Below, in pieces: positions 47,278 to 59,781 of a DNA stretch of 64,000 bases. Within the stretch, counting starts at the first letter, position 1, and each line of letters opens with the position of its first letter. The stretch spans positions 19,202-83,201 of the forward strand of contig CAXHJY010000495.1 in NCBI GenBank assembly GCA_964016885.1. The letters are read 5' to 3'. Both the position numbers and the translations under genes were made by a program. The notes beneath the pieces are model-generated. The model had not been told where the DNA came from. It was given only the letters and a program-made list of their open reading frames with translations, and did no database searches. Source of the stretch: Eledone cirrhosa (lineage: Eukaryota).

Positions 47278-47340
47278 TCTGTGGTAGTAATGACAAATTC
47301 ATTTTGTCGTTTCGTTGTAAAGTCAGGAATAGTGAATATA

Positions 47341-47917
47341 TTATTGGTTTGTTGTAAAGTTTAGTAATGGCGGACATATTATTTGTTAGTTGTAAAGTTA
47401 GCAATGGCAGACATATTATTTGTTAGTTGTAAAGTTAGCAATGGCAGACATATTATTTGTTAGTTGTAAAGTTAGCAATGGTGGACATATTATTTGTTAG
47501 TTGTAAAGTTAGCAATGGTGGACATATTATTTGTAAGTTGTAAAGTTAGCAATGGTGGACATATTATTTGTTAGTTGTAAAGTTAGCAATGGCGGACATA
47601 TTATTTGTTAGTTGTAAAGTTAGCAATGGCGGACATATTATTTGTTAGTTGTAAAGTTAGCAATGGCGGACATATTATTTGTTAGTTGGAGGGCGGTGAA
47701 TTGGCAGTATCGGTAGAGGGACGGACGCCATGCTTTGACGCATAGAGTTACGGCCCTTGCTATTCTGAGTTCAAATCCCACCGAGGTTCACTTTGCCTTT
47801 CATCCTTACGGGGTCGATAAAATTAAGTACCAGTAATGCACTGGGTAATTGCTGGCCTTGTGCCAAAAGTAGAAACAATTATTTGTTAGTTGTAAAGTTA
47901 GCAATGGCGGACATATT
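47341..47917 (+). repeat. 37-bp minisatellite (~10 copies) interrupted by a SINE
   Basis: Unit tatttgttagttgtaaagttagcaatggcggacatat. Confidence 0.9.
47689..47882 (+). mobile_element. Full-length SINE with an apparent target-site duplication
   Basis: Starts agggcggtgaattggcag; flanked by ttatttgttagttg on both sides. Confidence 0.85.
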
Positions 47918-48273
47918 GGTTTGTGGGGGAAGTGGAAAAGTGAAATTGAACGATGAAATTTTGTTGACATACGTTTGACTGGAAAGGATATGTTTAGTTA
48001 TGTCTGTGTGTATGTATGGGAGTGGCTTTGTGTGTGGGTGTGTGATTTTGTGTGTCTGTATGTATGCTTGTGTATGTTTGTGTGTGTACGAAGAGAGGTG
48101 GAAGGAGAAATAAGCGACCGATGATGAAGATGATGATGATGATGGAAAGAGATAGTGTGTTAAAGGGTAGAGGGAGTGAGAGAAGTGCTAGAGGGAGGGA
48201 GAGATCGTGAGAGGGTAGAGAGAGAGAGTGTGAGAGGACAGTGAAAAAGAGATAGATATATAGAGAAATAGAT

Positions 48274-48383
<110 letters not shown>

Positions 48384-48423
48384 GTATATATATAGACAAA
48401 TAGGTAAACAGATAAACAGATAA

Positions 48424-48781
48424 ATATCTTTATTAGCCAAAAGGGTACAAAAGAAGGGGACAAATACAAATGGGGAGTTTACATACAGGTATATGAAAAT
48501 AAAACTATTAATAAAATAACAAATAATTGAAATCCCCAATAGGGGGGAGGTGTTACACAGGGGTTGTACACACCCTGAAAAAATGTACAACCCTCATCTC
48601 GAGGAGCACCAAGAGTGAGTACTCCCTTCCTCTCTTCCTCTTTTTCCTCAACCTACAGGCTTATATAGAGAGAAGGCCCAACCACTCGGGCCATCTTTGC
48701 CACATTCACCCACCTTTTATAAAATTTGCTGGGGTACAGCACCTCTCCATCCTGATTCTTCTTCCAAAATGATATTTGAAT
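48424..48781 (-). mobile_element. Tx1-like LINE 3' fragment
   Basis: Minus strand encodes FKYHFGRRIRMER plus the 3' UTR and aataaag; flanked by a ~22-bp near-duplication tatctgtttatct.tttac.ta. Confidence 0.85.
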
Positions 48782-49787
48782 ATGTAAATAGATAAACAGA
48801 TAGATAGGCAAATAGATAGATAGGTAGATAGATAAATAGATAGATAGATAGATAGATAGGAACAGAAAACAAACAAAGGAAGATCCAAAGCAGAATAAAG
48901 AATCTATTAGCTGAATGGGTGGTAGTGGGTATTGGTGTTGGTGGTGTTGGTGTTGGTGGTGGTGTTAGTGGTGGTGTTGGTGGTGGTGGGGGCTGACAAG
49001 GAACACGTCTAAAGAGGGTTCTGTCTCACGTGCTAAACAGATCGATCTATATATAATCAATAAAGTCTTCACAGAAGGAGGGAGTAAAGTTAATAATATT
49101 TATAAAGAAAAAAGATGTCCTTCTTGGCGAATATTGTGTGGTAAAATAACAAATACATACATCAACAACAACCGCAACAGTAATAACAACAACAATAACA
49201 ACAATAGCAATGACAAATACATATGATACAACAACAGCAGCAACAACAATAACAACAACAATAGCAATAACAACAGCAACAATAGCAATAACAACAACGA
49301 TAGCAACAACAACAGCAATAACAACAACAATAACAACAACAACAACAGCAACAACAGCAATAACAGCAATAGCAACAACAACAGCAGCAGCAACAATAGT
49401 AATAACAACAACAACAACAACAACAATAACAACAACAACAACACCAACAACAACACCACTACCAACAACAATAACAGTAATAACAACAACGAGCGTTTGA
49501 CACAAACCAATTGACGCCATTTTGTTCAACCTGTTAATGAAAGAAAAAATTTAAAACACAGAGCAGACGATGTCCGCCGCCACTGTCAAACGATGAGTCA
49601 CTGGTTAACTACTTCTCACCTCCCCCTACCACTTTACACCTCTTCCTCAGTCTCAGGTCTCTCGCTTCATCTCCTCACCCCATCCTCCTGTCTCTCGCTC
49701 TATCCTTCCCCTCCCCCTCCTTTCTCTCCTCCTCGCACTGTTGTCTCTTTCGCTCTCCCCCACCACTCACACACCTGATATTTCTTC

Positions 49788-49895
<108 letters not shown>

Positions 49896-49909
49896 CTTTA
49901 TCTATCCAA

Positions 49910-49956
49910 TTGTATTTGTCCCCATCTTTTGCGCCCTTGTGGCATATAAAGAAAGC
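49910..49956 (+). mobile_element. Tx1-like LINE extreme 3' fragment
   Basis: ttgtatttgtcccc..cccttgtggcatataaagaaag followed by (ctat)n. Confidence 0.7.
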
Positions 49957-49987
49957 TATCTATCTATCTATCTATCTATAATATGAA

Positions 49988-51794
49988 ACATCTGCTCAAG
50001 AGTCAAGGTGAACGGTTACCTCTCGGAGCCGTTCCATATTACGCGATCCATTCGACAGGGATGCCCTCTCTCCTCCCTTCTGTACGTACTGACTCTCGAG
50101 CCACTACTGCGGAAGCTGGAGCTATTGCAGGGCATCCCTCTGGAACCGGGACTGCGGAAAGCGGCGTCGGCCTACGCCGACGACGTGACAGTAATGGTGT
50201 CGAGCGCCTCGCAAATCGAGGAAGTCGGCACCTTACTAAAGGAATACGAAAGTCTCACAGGAGCGAAGCTGAACCGGGACAAGTCCATCGGTTTGCAACT
50301 CGGATCGTGGAGAGGCAGACCGATGCCTTCCGATGGCGTCGTCGGACGCTGGACGGAAGGACCGGTAAAGCTGCTCGGGGTCTGGTTTGGTCCGGACCTC
50401 CAGGTGGAGAAGAACTGGAACGAAGTGACGGCCAAGGTGTTTGCACTCACCCAGAAGTGGGCCGAGTGCAAACTATCCTTGAAAGGTCGAGCGGAGGTGG
50501 CGAACACTTTTATAGCGTCCGCCATCTACTACCGCTTGACCGTCGTGCCTTGTCCCGCCAAAACGCTCGCCAAAATGGAGCGCGCCCTCTTCCGATTCCT
50601 TTGGAAGAGGCGGGCTCCTTTGGTAAGAAGATCCATCTGCTGCCAACACCCTTCTAACGGAGGGCTGGGGATGCCGTGGTTGACGATGCGCAAACACGCG
50701 CTCAGGCTGCGGCATCTCTACGTATTCCTCACCGGACAACCGGTGTGGGCCCCGTTCGTGAGGCGAGCCTTCCCACGACTCGTCTCGCTGACCGAGCTGC
50801 AGTCCTGGGTCAAGCAGAGACCGAGGAAAATGGGCGACTGGCACATCGAATGTGCTCAGGCGCTCACAGCCCTCTGGCAGGCGGACCCGGCGATCAGTGG
50901 AGACTCCACTTCGTCATTCTATAGAGGGTTGGTCCGCAGCAAGTGCGACGACGCGCTCGGTGAAACTCTAGGCGTGGAGGAAGATGAACTGGCCAGTCTG
51001 TTCGGTAGGACCTTCCGCCCGGGACCGATGGACAACTTCCAAAAGTCCCTGGCCTGGCAGTGCTACCGAGGAGCTCTACCAGTTCGAGACAAGCTCTACA
51101 GACATGGGCGCCCGGGCAGGGACCCTGCAAAAAAGATCTGTCCGAGGTGCGTGCGAGACGAAGAAACCGTCGCGCACGCATTCATACACTGCCCGGGCGT
51201 CACTGACCTGTGGGGCTATGTGGAACGACTATTGTCGCGGGTGGGACCAATCCAGTTGACCACCGAGTCCATTGTCATGATCAAACCGCCACCCTCCTTC
51301 AAAAACGAAGGAGAGGCGGTTTTCCTTTGTGTGATAGCTATGGCGAAAGAGGTTGTATGGTGGACAAGGTTGAAAGGGCTGAGGTCAGACACCTTTCTCT
51401 CCGGCCAACAACTGATTCTTTTTTTCAAATACCACTTTGGAAGAAGAATCAGGATGGAGAGAGAGGTGCTGTACCCCAGCAAGTTTTATGAAAGGTGGGT
51501 GAAAGTGGCGAGAATGGCCCGAGTGAATGGGCCTTCTCTCTATATCAGCCTGTAGGTTGAGGAAAAGGAGGAGGAGAGGAAAGGAGTACAAGCTCTTCGT
51601 ACTCCTGGAGATGAGGGTTGCACATTTTTTTCGGGGGTCTGTGTTACCCATATAAACTGTCTCCCTCTATTGGGGAAAATCGACTAACTTTTAAATTCCA
51701 TCTGTGATAACATTTTACACGTTTTTATTGTATGTAAACTTCCCCCTTTGTATTTGTCCCCTTCTTTTGTGCCCCTGTGGCTAATAAAGAAATA
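49988..51794 (+). mobile_element. 5'-truncated Tx1/L1-group non-LTR retrotransposon, copy 1
   Basis: RT motifs, 3' UTR with aataaa, 15-bp TSD tatctataatatgaa at 49973-49987 and 51795-51809. Confidence 0.9.
50008..51555 (+). CDS. Partial ORF2: RT C-terminal half plus zinc finger (Tx1-like)
   Basis: RQGCPLS, AYADD, LNRDKS, KLLGVWF, NGGLG, CPRC...ETVAHAFIHC; uninterrupted 515 codons; lacks the N-terminus. Confidence 0.9.
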   Translation: MNGYLSEPFHITRSIRQGCPLSSLLYVLTLEPLLRKLELLQGIPLEPGLRKAASAYADDVTVMVSSASQIEEVGTLLKEYESLTGAKLNRDKSIGLQLGSWRGRPMPSDGVVGRWTEGPVKLLGVWFGPDLQVEKNWNEVTAKVFALTQKWAECKLSLKGRAEVANTFIASAIYYRLTVVPCPAKTLAKMERALFRFLWKRRAPLVRRSICCQHPSNGGLGMPWLTMRKHALRLRHLYVFLTGQPVWAPFVRRAFPRLVSLTELQSWVKQRPRKMGDWHIECAQALTALWQADPAISGDSTSSFYRGLVRSKCDDALGETLGVEEDELASLFGRTFRPGPMDNFQKSLAWQCYRGALPVRDKLYRHGRPGRDPAKKICPRCVRDEETVAHAFIHCPGVTDLWGYVERLLSRVGPIQLTTESIVMIKPPPSFKNEGEAVFLCVIAMAKEVVWWTRLKGLRSDTFLSGQQLILFFKYHFGRRIRMEREVLYPSKFYERWVKVARMARVNGPSLYISL

Positions 51795-51922
51795 TATCTA
51801 TAATATGAAACGCCTTTATGGTAAATAAAGAAATATATCTATAATATGAATGTATCTATAATCTTTATCTCTCTCTCTCTCTCTCAATATATATTTATAT
51901 ATATATATATATCTATATATCT

Positions 51923-51997
<75 letters not shown>

Positions 51998-52043
51998 GTG
52001 TGTGTGTCTGTATAAAAATTCGCTCATCTCTTCCACTTTTGCT

Positions 52044-52077
<34 letters not shown>

Positions 52078-52177
52078 GTCATTGTATCTATTCTGCTATC
52101 TATCTAGTTAGCGAAATACCTTAATATCTCTCTGTATATATTAATATACATACATACACACTACACACACACATATA

Positions 52178-52251
52178 TAGAGGGTGTCCCCCTAAAAATG
52201 TATACACACTTTGATTAGAATTATATATATATATTTTTGGGACACCTTGTA
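52178..52251. mobile_element. Tiny Tc1/mariner-like MITE
   Basis: ta|gagggtgtccc..aaaatgtatacacac ... tttttgggacaccttg|ta. Confidence 0.55.
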
Positions 52252-52286
52252 TATGAACTGTTTTTCTGTCTAATCAGCAATGTCTC

Positions 52287-52384
<98 letters not shown>

Positions 52385-52634
52385 CACACACACACATACT
52401 TCAAGAACGCAATTTCTTCGAGATCAATAACGTAGAGGTTTATATTAATTTACTAAGGAATATTAAGCATTGAGTACTATACATACAGGTGTATAAGTGG
52501 TCTAATACTCAAGTACTTCTCACAGTAGGTATATGAATAACTTTGGAAAATATTACGTTATAATGAAACTTGTATCACTGTAGGCTGTTAACTACTTTGT
52601 GTGTGTATATATATATATTTGCGTGTGTATATAT

Positions 52635-52829
52635 ATAACAAAGAAGGTGTGGTCAGATGCCAGGTGGACGGTAACGCACCAGAGTACTCAATACTTAGGG
52701 TAGTAGAGTGGGTAATAGGAAAAGAGTCAGGACCCCGGCGGCTGAGCTCCGGCCGTTTCTACAACTAGAGTTCGGATCTAGCTGTCGAAACGGCCGGAGC
52801 TCAGCCGTCGGGGTCCTGACTCTTTTCCC

Positions 52830-52831
<2 letters not shown>
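52635..52831 (-). mobile_element. Penelope-like terminal fragment, family A, with fold-back
   Basis: Inverted repeat ggaaaagagtcaggacccc..ggccgtttc / gaaacggcc..ggggtcctgactcttttcc plus tail. Confidence 0.75.
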
Positions 52832-52872
<41 letters not shown>

Positions 52873-52873
<1 letters not shown>

Positions 52874-53178
52874 GAAAGGTGGGTGAAAGTGGCGAGAATG
52901 GCCCGAGTGAATGGGCCTTCTCTCTATATCAGCCTGTAGATTGAGGTAAAAGAAAAGGAGAGGAAAGGAGTACAAACTCTTCGTACTCCTGGAGATGAGG
53001 GTTGCACATTTTTTCGGGGGTATGTGTTACCCATATGTAATGTCTCCCCCTATTGGGGAAAATCGACTAACTTTTTAAATTGCATTTGTGATAACATTTT
53101 ACACGTTTTTATTGTATGTAAACTTCCCCCTTTGTATTTGTCCCCTTCTTTTGTGCCCCTGTGGCTAATAAAGAAACA

Positions 53179-53179
<1 letters not shown>
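52873..53179 (+). mobile_element. Tx1-like 3' fragment
   Basis: Near-identical to 51487-51792; embedded in (tatc)n. Confidence 0.9.
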
Positions 53180-53471
<292 letters not shown>

Positions 53472-53776
53472 GTATGTATATGTGTGTGTTTCGCTTTTAT
53501 TGATATTAGTTTGGACCGGCATAGGAGAGCCGTAGTTGATTTTACGTGCGATGGAGCGGGGTTGAGGTTGTGTGGTGTTGAAGCAGGGTAGTATTAGTGT
53601 GTAGGATCTGGGGAGGGTGTAGGAGATACTAGTGCAGTTAGGTAGGGCTGTAGGGGGGGGGGGGGGTATTCAATATATTTAGTGATGGTCTTCAAGAAAA
53701 GATTAATTATTTATACAGTGATGTCATCTGGAATGTAATTTCAGAGTATCGCCAACGCCCTGCTTCTCTATTTGCA

Positions 53777-53818
<42 letters not shown>

Positions 53819-55790
53819 GAGAGGGTAGGTGTAAACCTGGCTTTGGTGGGGCTCTGATCAATTTAGATCAGTCTAAGGCATTTGATAGGATCGAGCATCA
53901 ATACTTGGAAGCAGTTCTCAAGGCGGCCGGCTTCGGTCCCGTCTTCAGAGGCTGGATCGCTACCATGTACACCAGCATCTGCTCGGCAGTCAAGGTGAAT
54001 GGCTACCTACCAGAGCCATTCCAAATCATGCGTTCCATCCGTCAGGGATGCCCTCTCTCCTCCATTCTGTATGTACTGACTCTCGAGCCGTTACTGCGGA
54101 AATTGGAGCTGTTGCAGGGCATCCCGATCGAACCAGGACTGCGGAAAGCAGCGTCAGCCTATGTCGACGACATAACCGTAATGGTGTCGAAAACCTCGGA
54201 AATCAGGGTAATCGTCAACCTATTACAGGAATACGAAACGTTGACAGGAGCAAGAGTACACCCAAACAAGTCTGTCAGTTTGCAACTCGGCACTTGGAGA
54301 GGCAAACCCATGCCTTCCGACAGTGTCGTTGGACGCTGGACGGAAGGACCGGTGAAATTGCTCAAGGTCTGGTTCGGTCCAGACCTCGAGGTGGACAAGA
54401 ACTGGAACGAGGTCACGGCGAAGTGGTTTGCACTCACCCAGAAGTGGGCTGAGTGCAAACTCTCCTTGAAAGGTCGAGCGGAGGTGGCGAACACTTACAT
54501 AGCGTCCGTCATCTACTACCGCTTGACAGTCGTGCCTTGCCTCCGCGAATACCTTACCAAAATGGAACGCCTACTCTTCAAGTTCCTCTCGAAGAAACAG
54601 GCTCCATTGGTGAGGAGATCTATCTGCTGTCAACACCCTTCTAACGGAGGGCTGGGCATGCCGTGGCTGATGATGCGCAAACATGCGCTGAGTCTACGCC
54701 ATCTCCAGGTACTCCCGGCCGGTGAACCGGTGTGGCTGTCGTTTGTGAGACAAGCTCTTCCACAACTCGTCTCACTAACAGGGTTGCAGTCCTGGGTCAA
54801 GCGAAGACCGAAAATGGGTGCCTGGCACCTCGAGTGCCTACAGGCGTTCAGGGCCCTCTACCAAGCGGAAACGGCAATCAGCGGAGACTCTACTTCGACA
54901 TTCTATAGGGGATTAGTGGAGGATAAGTACGACGACGTTCTCAGGGAAACTCTAGGCATCGAGGAGGACGAACTGACCAGTCTGTTCGGGAGGACTTTCC
55001 GTCCAGGGCCTATGGGTAACTTCCAGAGGTCTCTGGTCTGGCAGTGCTACCGAGGAGCTCTACCAGTTCGAGACAAAATCTACAGGCATGGACGCCCTGG
55101 CAGAGATCCTGCTAAAAGGACCTGCCAAAGATGCGAGCAGGACATCGAAACCGTTCTGCAGGCAATTTTTCAGTGCCCAGGGGTGACCGACCTGTGGAAT
55201 TATGTCGAACAGCTGCTGTCACGTGTGGGACGTATCCAGTTGTCAGCCGAGTCCATCGTGATGATCACCCCGCCGCCTTCATTTAAGAACGAAGGAGAGG
55301 CGGTTTTCCTCTGTCTGGTGGCTATGGCGAAAGAGGTAATATGGTGGACGAGGTTAAAAGGACTGAGGGCAAACACCTTTCTCTCCGGACAACAACTCAT
55401 CCCCTTCTTTAAGTATCACTTGAGAAGGAAGGTGAGAGTGGAGAGAGAGGTGCTACACCCCAGTAAATTCGCTGAAAGGTGGGTGAATGTGGCAAAAATG
55501 GCCCGAGTGAATGGGCCTTCTCTGTATATAAAACCTGTAGGTTGAGGAAGATAAACAGGGAAGACAGGAACACCTACAAAATGTGTTCCTGGTGTTGAGG
55601 GTTGTTCTATCCACGGGGTGTAAAACAACCCTGCAGTAACGTTCCCCCCTATTGGGGATTTCAATTGTTATTTTATTATATATAGTTTATTGTTATTTAT
55701 TAATGTTAAAGTTATTTTTATGTAAAACCCCCGCCGTCACGTCTTGTAATGTCCCATTTTTGAACGCCCCTGTGGCAAATAAAGAAAGAT
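53819..55790 (+). mobile_element. 5'-truncated Tx1/L1-group retrotransposon, copy 2 (different subfamily)
   Basis: Starts directly after (tatc)n and ends aataaagaaaga-tatctatc. Confidence 0.9.
53821..55545 (+). CDS. Partial ORF2: RT plus zinc finger (Tx1-like)
   Basis: The frame is open upstream of the listed ORF: ALINLDQSKAFDRIEHQYL, then RQGCPLS, AYVDD, CQRC...ETVLQAIFQC. Confidence 0.9.
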   Translation, partial: EGRCKPGFGGALINLDQSKAFDRIEHQYLEAVLKAAGFGPVFRGWIATMYTSICSAVKVNGYLPEPFQIMRSIRQGCPLSSILYVLTLEPLLRKLELLQGIPIEPGLRKAASAYVDDITVMVSKTSEIRVIVNLLQEYETLTGARVHPNKSVSLQLGTWRGKPMPSDSVVGRWTEGPVKLLKVWFGPDLEVDKNWNEVTAKWFALTQKWAECKLSLKGRAEVANTYIASVIYYRLTVVPCLREYLTKMERLLFKFLSKKQAPLVRRSICCQHPSNGGLGMPWLMMRKHALSLRHLQVLPAGEPVWLSFVRQALPQLVSLTGLQSWVKRRPKMGAWHLECLQAFRALYQAETAISGDSTSTFYRGLVEDKYDDVLRETLGIEEDELTSLFGRTFRPGPMGNFQRSLVWQCYRGALPVRDKIYRHGRPGRDPAKRTCQRCEQDIETVLQAIFQCPGVTDLWNYVEQLLSRVGRIQLSAESIVMITPPPSFKNEGEAVFLCLVAMAKEVIWWTRLKGLRANTFLSGQQLIPFFKYHLRRKVRVEREVLHPSKFAERWVNVAKMARVNGPSLYIKPVG

Positions 55791-55803
55791 ATCTATCTAT
55801 CTT

Positions 55804-55898
<95 letters not shown>

Positions 55899-55952
55899 AT
55901 ATCTATCTGTCTGTCTGTCTGTCTATCTGACTGTCTGTCTACCTGACTGTCC

Positions 55953-56217
55953 TGGCCCGAGTTATTGGGCCTTCTCCGTATATAAACCTGTAGGTTGAAG
56001 AAGAGAACAAAAGGAAGAAAGGAGCACTTGCACAACATGGTCCTGAACTTGAGGGTTGTTCTATCTACGGGGTATTAAACGACCCATTTGTAACGCCTCC
56101 CTCCTATTCGGGATTTCGATTGTTATATTTTAATGTTAACATTTTTTTTACACGATTGTATGTAAAATCCCCGCCATATGTCTTTGTATTGCCGCCCTTG
56201 TGGCAAATAAAGACATA
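55953..56217 (+). mobile_element. Tx1-like 3' fragment
   Basis: tggcccgag..gggccttctc..cctgtaggttga through gtggcaaataaagac. Confidence 0.85.
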
Positions 56218-56249
56218 TATCTGTCTACCTGTCTTTCTGTCTATCTATG

Positions 56250-56320
56250 GACTTGTTTTGTAAACTCCCCCCATTGCACTTGTCCCACTTTTGATGCCCT
56301 GGTGGCAAATAAAAGAAACA
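56250..56320 (+). mobile_element. Tx1-like extreme 3' fragment
   Basis: tgtaaactcccccc..ggtggcaaataaaagaaacatatct. Confidence 0.7.
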
Positions 56321-56644
56321 TATCTATGTATCTGTCTATCCATCCATCTATCCATAAAAAAATTCTGTGTGTCTGCCAAAATATTTGATGTTTCTACTTT
56401 TTACAATATTTTCAATAAAAAATCTCATAACGTTAAAAATTCTACGTTTCTATCGATTTGCAGGAGTTAAAAAGCTGCTAACTGTTCGTTACTGATTCGT
56501 AAACTCACATTTTACGACGGTTAGACTTTTTATTGTATGGAAAAATACCCCATCTTGAATTTATAGTTTTAGATATTTACTAGACAGCCAGGGTCGTGGA
56601 AAAGTTTGCCATATGAAAGTGGACGATGAGGCAAAAATGGTTGG

Positions 56645-57200
56645 ATTGGCAGTATCGGTAGAGGGTCGGGGGCTATGCTTTGCAGCATACAGTTACGGCC
56701 GTTTACGGTCTGAATTCAATTCCCGGCGAGGTTAACTTTGCCTTTCATCTTTACGGGGTCGATAAAATATAGTACCAGTAATACACTGGGGTAATTGCTG
56801 GCCTTGTGCCAAAAGAAGAAACAATTATTATTGGCAGAATCGGTAGAGGGGCGGACGCTATGCTTTGCAGCATAGAGTTACGGCCGTTTACGGTCTGAAT
56901 TCAATTCCCGCCGAGGTTAACTTTGCCTTTCATCCTTACGGGGTCGATAAAATAAAGTACCAGTAATACACTGGGGTAATTGCTGGCCTTGTGCCAAAAG
57001 AAGAAACAATTATTATTGGCAGAAGCGGTAGAGAGTCGGACGCTATGCTTTGCAGCATAGAGTTACGGCCGTTGACGGTCTATATTCAATTCCCGCCGAG
57101 GTTAACTTTGCCTTTCATCCTTACGGGGTCGATACAATAAAGTACCAGTAATAAATGGAGTAATTGCTGGGATTATGCCAAAAGTAGAAAGAATTATTAT
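56645..57200 (+). mobile_element. Three head-to-tail SINE copies (~185-bp unit)
   Basis: ttggcag..cggtagag..gttaactttgcctttcatc..gtaccagtaata, three times. Confidence 0.9.
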
Positions 57201-57704
57201 CATTATTAGCAATATCCGACGCCTATCTTTTTCTCCTCATTCATCATTATTTTTTCCGTCTCGATACGAAAAACAAGTGGAAGAGCTCACACACACACAC
57301 ATACACACGCAGACACACACACACACATACACACCCACAGATAGGTGTGTGACTGTAAACATACACACATGCGCACACACATACACACATGCGCACACAC
57401 ATACACACGCGTACACACACACGCACACATATCTCCCCCCCCTCACAGATAGGTGTGTGACTGTATACATACACACATACGCACGCACACACACACACAC
57501 ACATACACCCCCCCCACACCCACAGATAGGTGTGCGACTGTATACATACACACATACGCACACACACACACACACTCTCTCTCACACACAGACACAGACA
57601 CGTATATATATATTAAAATGTTCTCTGCAGCATAGCATGTGAAAAGCAGCGTTTTAAAATACTTCCGCTGGAAAAGAAAAGTAACGGCCGCCATTTTGAA
57701 ACGT

Positions 57705-57736
<32 letters not shown>

Positions 57737-57796
57737 TATACATATATATATATATGGATATATATATATATATATATCCATATATATATATATGTA

Positions 57797-57841
<45 letters not shown>

Positions 57842-57956
57842 GGATACACTTTTACAGGATATATATATATACATTTATATGTATGTATAAATGTGTGAGT
57901 GTATATATGTATGTATGTATATATATATATGTGTATATATATATATATTTATATGA

Positions 57957-58002
<46 letters not shown>

Positions 58003-58254
58003 GGCCAATGTGTGTTGTGAGAAGTATGAAAGGAAATGACGTGAATATGATGGAGTCTATTGCCTCCAGCCAATCAAACAACACAAACCAAACAAGCAAC
58101 CAATCATCTTTAACTGTATATTAAGACGTTCCTTTATTATTGCCTTGTTCAGCTTTATTATTGCATCCAGAGACAAATAGAAGCTAATTTAGCGGAGATG
58201 GAAAAATGAGAGCAGAGCTGATTACAACAACAGCAACAACAACAGCGACATCAT

Positions 58255-59000
58255 CGCCACCACCACCACCACCACCTACACCACCAATACCACCACCACC
58301 GCCACCTATACCACCACCACCACCACCACCACCACCAACACCACCACCACTACCAACACCCCCACCACCACCACCTACACCACCACCACCTACACCACCA
58401 CCACCAACACCACCACCACCACTTAGACCACCACCACCACCACTACCTACACCACCACCACCAACACCACCACCATGACCACCACCACCATCACCACCAC
58501 CACCACCACCTACACCACCTACACCAACACCACCACCACTACCAACACCACCACCACCACCTACACCATGACCACCACTACCTACACCACCAACAACACC
58601 ACCATGACCACCACCACCACCACCACCACCACCACCTACACCACCACCTACACCACCACCACCACCACCAACACCACCACCACTACCAACACCACCAACA
58701 CCACCACCACCACCACCACCACCACCACCACCACCACCACCACCACCTAGACCACCACCACCACTACCTACACCACCACCACCACCAACACCACCACCAT
58801 GACCACCACCACCATCACCACCACCACCACCTACACCACCACCAACAACACCACCACCACTACCAACACCACCACCACCACCTACACCACCACCACCACT
58901 ACCTACACCCCCACCACCACCACCACCACCACCACCTACACCACCACCACCAACACCACCACCTACACCACCACCACCACCACCACCACGAACAACAACA
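58255..59000. repeat. (CAC)n-rich microsatellite
   Basis: Direct inspection. Confidence 0.9.
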
Positions 59001-59624
59001 ACAATAACATCTTTTCTTGCGCAAGATTGAAGATGAGAAATGTAAAAATATATGAAATATAATTATTGTGGTGACAATGACGATGATGATGATGATGATG
59101 ATGGTGGTGGTGTTGATGGTGTAGGTGGTGGTGATGTAGGTGGTGGTGGTGGTGGTGGTGGTGATGGTGTAGATGTTGAAGATGATGATGGTGGTGGCGA
59201 TGCAGTGAGGATGATATTATATATGTAGAGATATCTTAAATCTTATTCACACACACACACACTAGCATATATACATACACACTCGCTTATACACACACAC
59301 ACACATACACACTAGCATACATACATACGCACAGACACACACACTCGCTTATACACACACACACTAGCATATATACATACACACAAACACACACACACTA
59401 GCATATATACATACACACAAACACACACGTTCGCTTACACACACACACACACACACATACACACACACACACACACACATATATATAAAGTTTAATATAG
59501 AAATGGTTTCTACAGAACTAGAAATAGTTCCCCCCGATTGAACCCGAGCCTCTCCCTCTCTATCACTCTCACTCTCTCTCACTCTCTCTCTCACTCTCTC
59601 TCTCACTCTCTCTCTAACCACATA

Positions 59625-59780
59625 TAAGTGGTTAGAACGTAGGGCTTGCAATTGAAAGGTTGTGAGTTCGATTCTTTGGTAAGAGACATTATTTCACGTT
59701 GATCCAGTTTACTCAGCTGTAGAAGTGAGTCGGGAAGTCACTTGCGCCAAGTTCCATCGGCCATTGCCTTTCTCAAGAAA
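59625..59780 (+). mobile_element. SINE (second family), partial
   Basis: taagtggttaga..gtgagttcgattc..ttatttcacgttgatccagtttactcagctg. Confidence 0.7.
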
Positions 59781-59781
59781 C

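Noticed and set aside
49983-51651. Overlapping alternative-frame ORFs in the Tx1 copies
   Set aside because: Shadow frames of GC-rich RT coding sequence with no recognisable motifs
57686-57700. Scattered YY1-like (g)ccgccatttt motifs, also near 7838, 18952, 35361 and 49514
   Set aside because: Short motifs with no promoter or gene context
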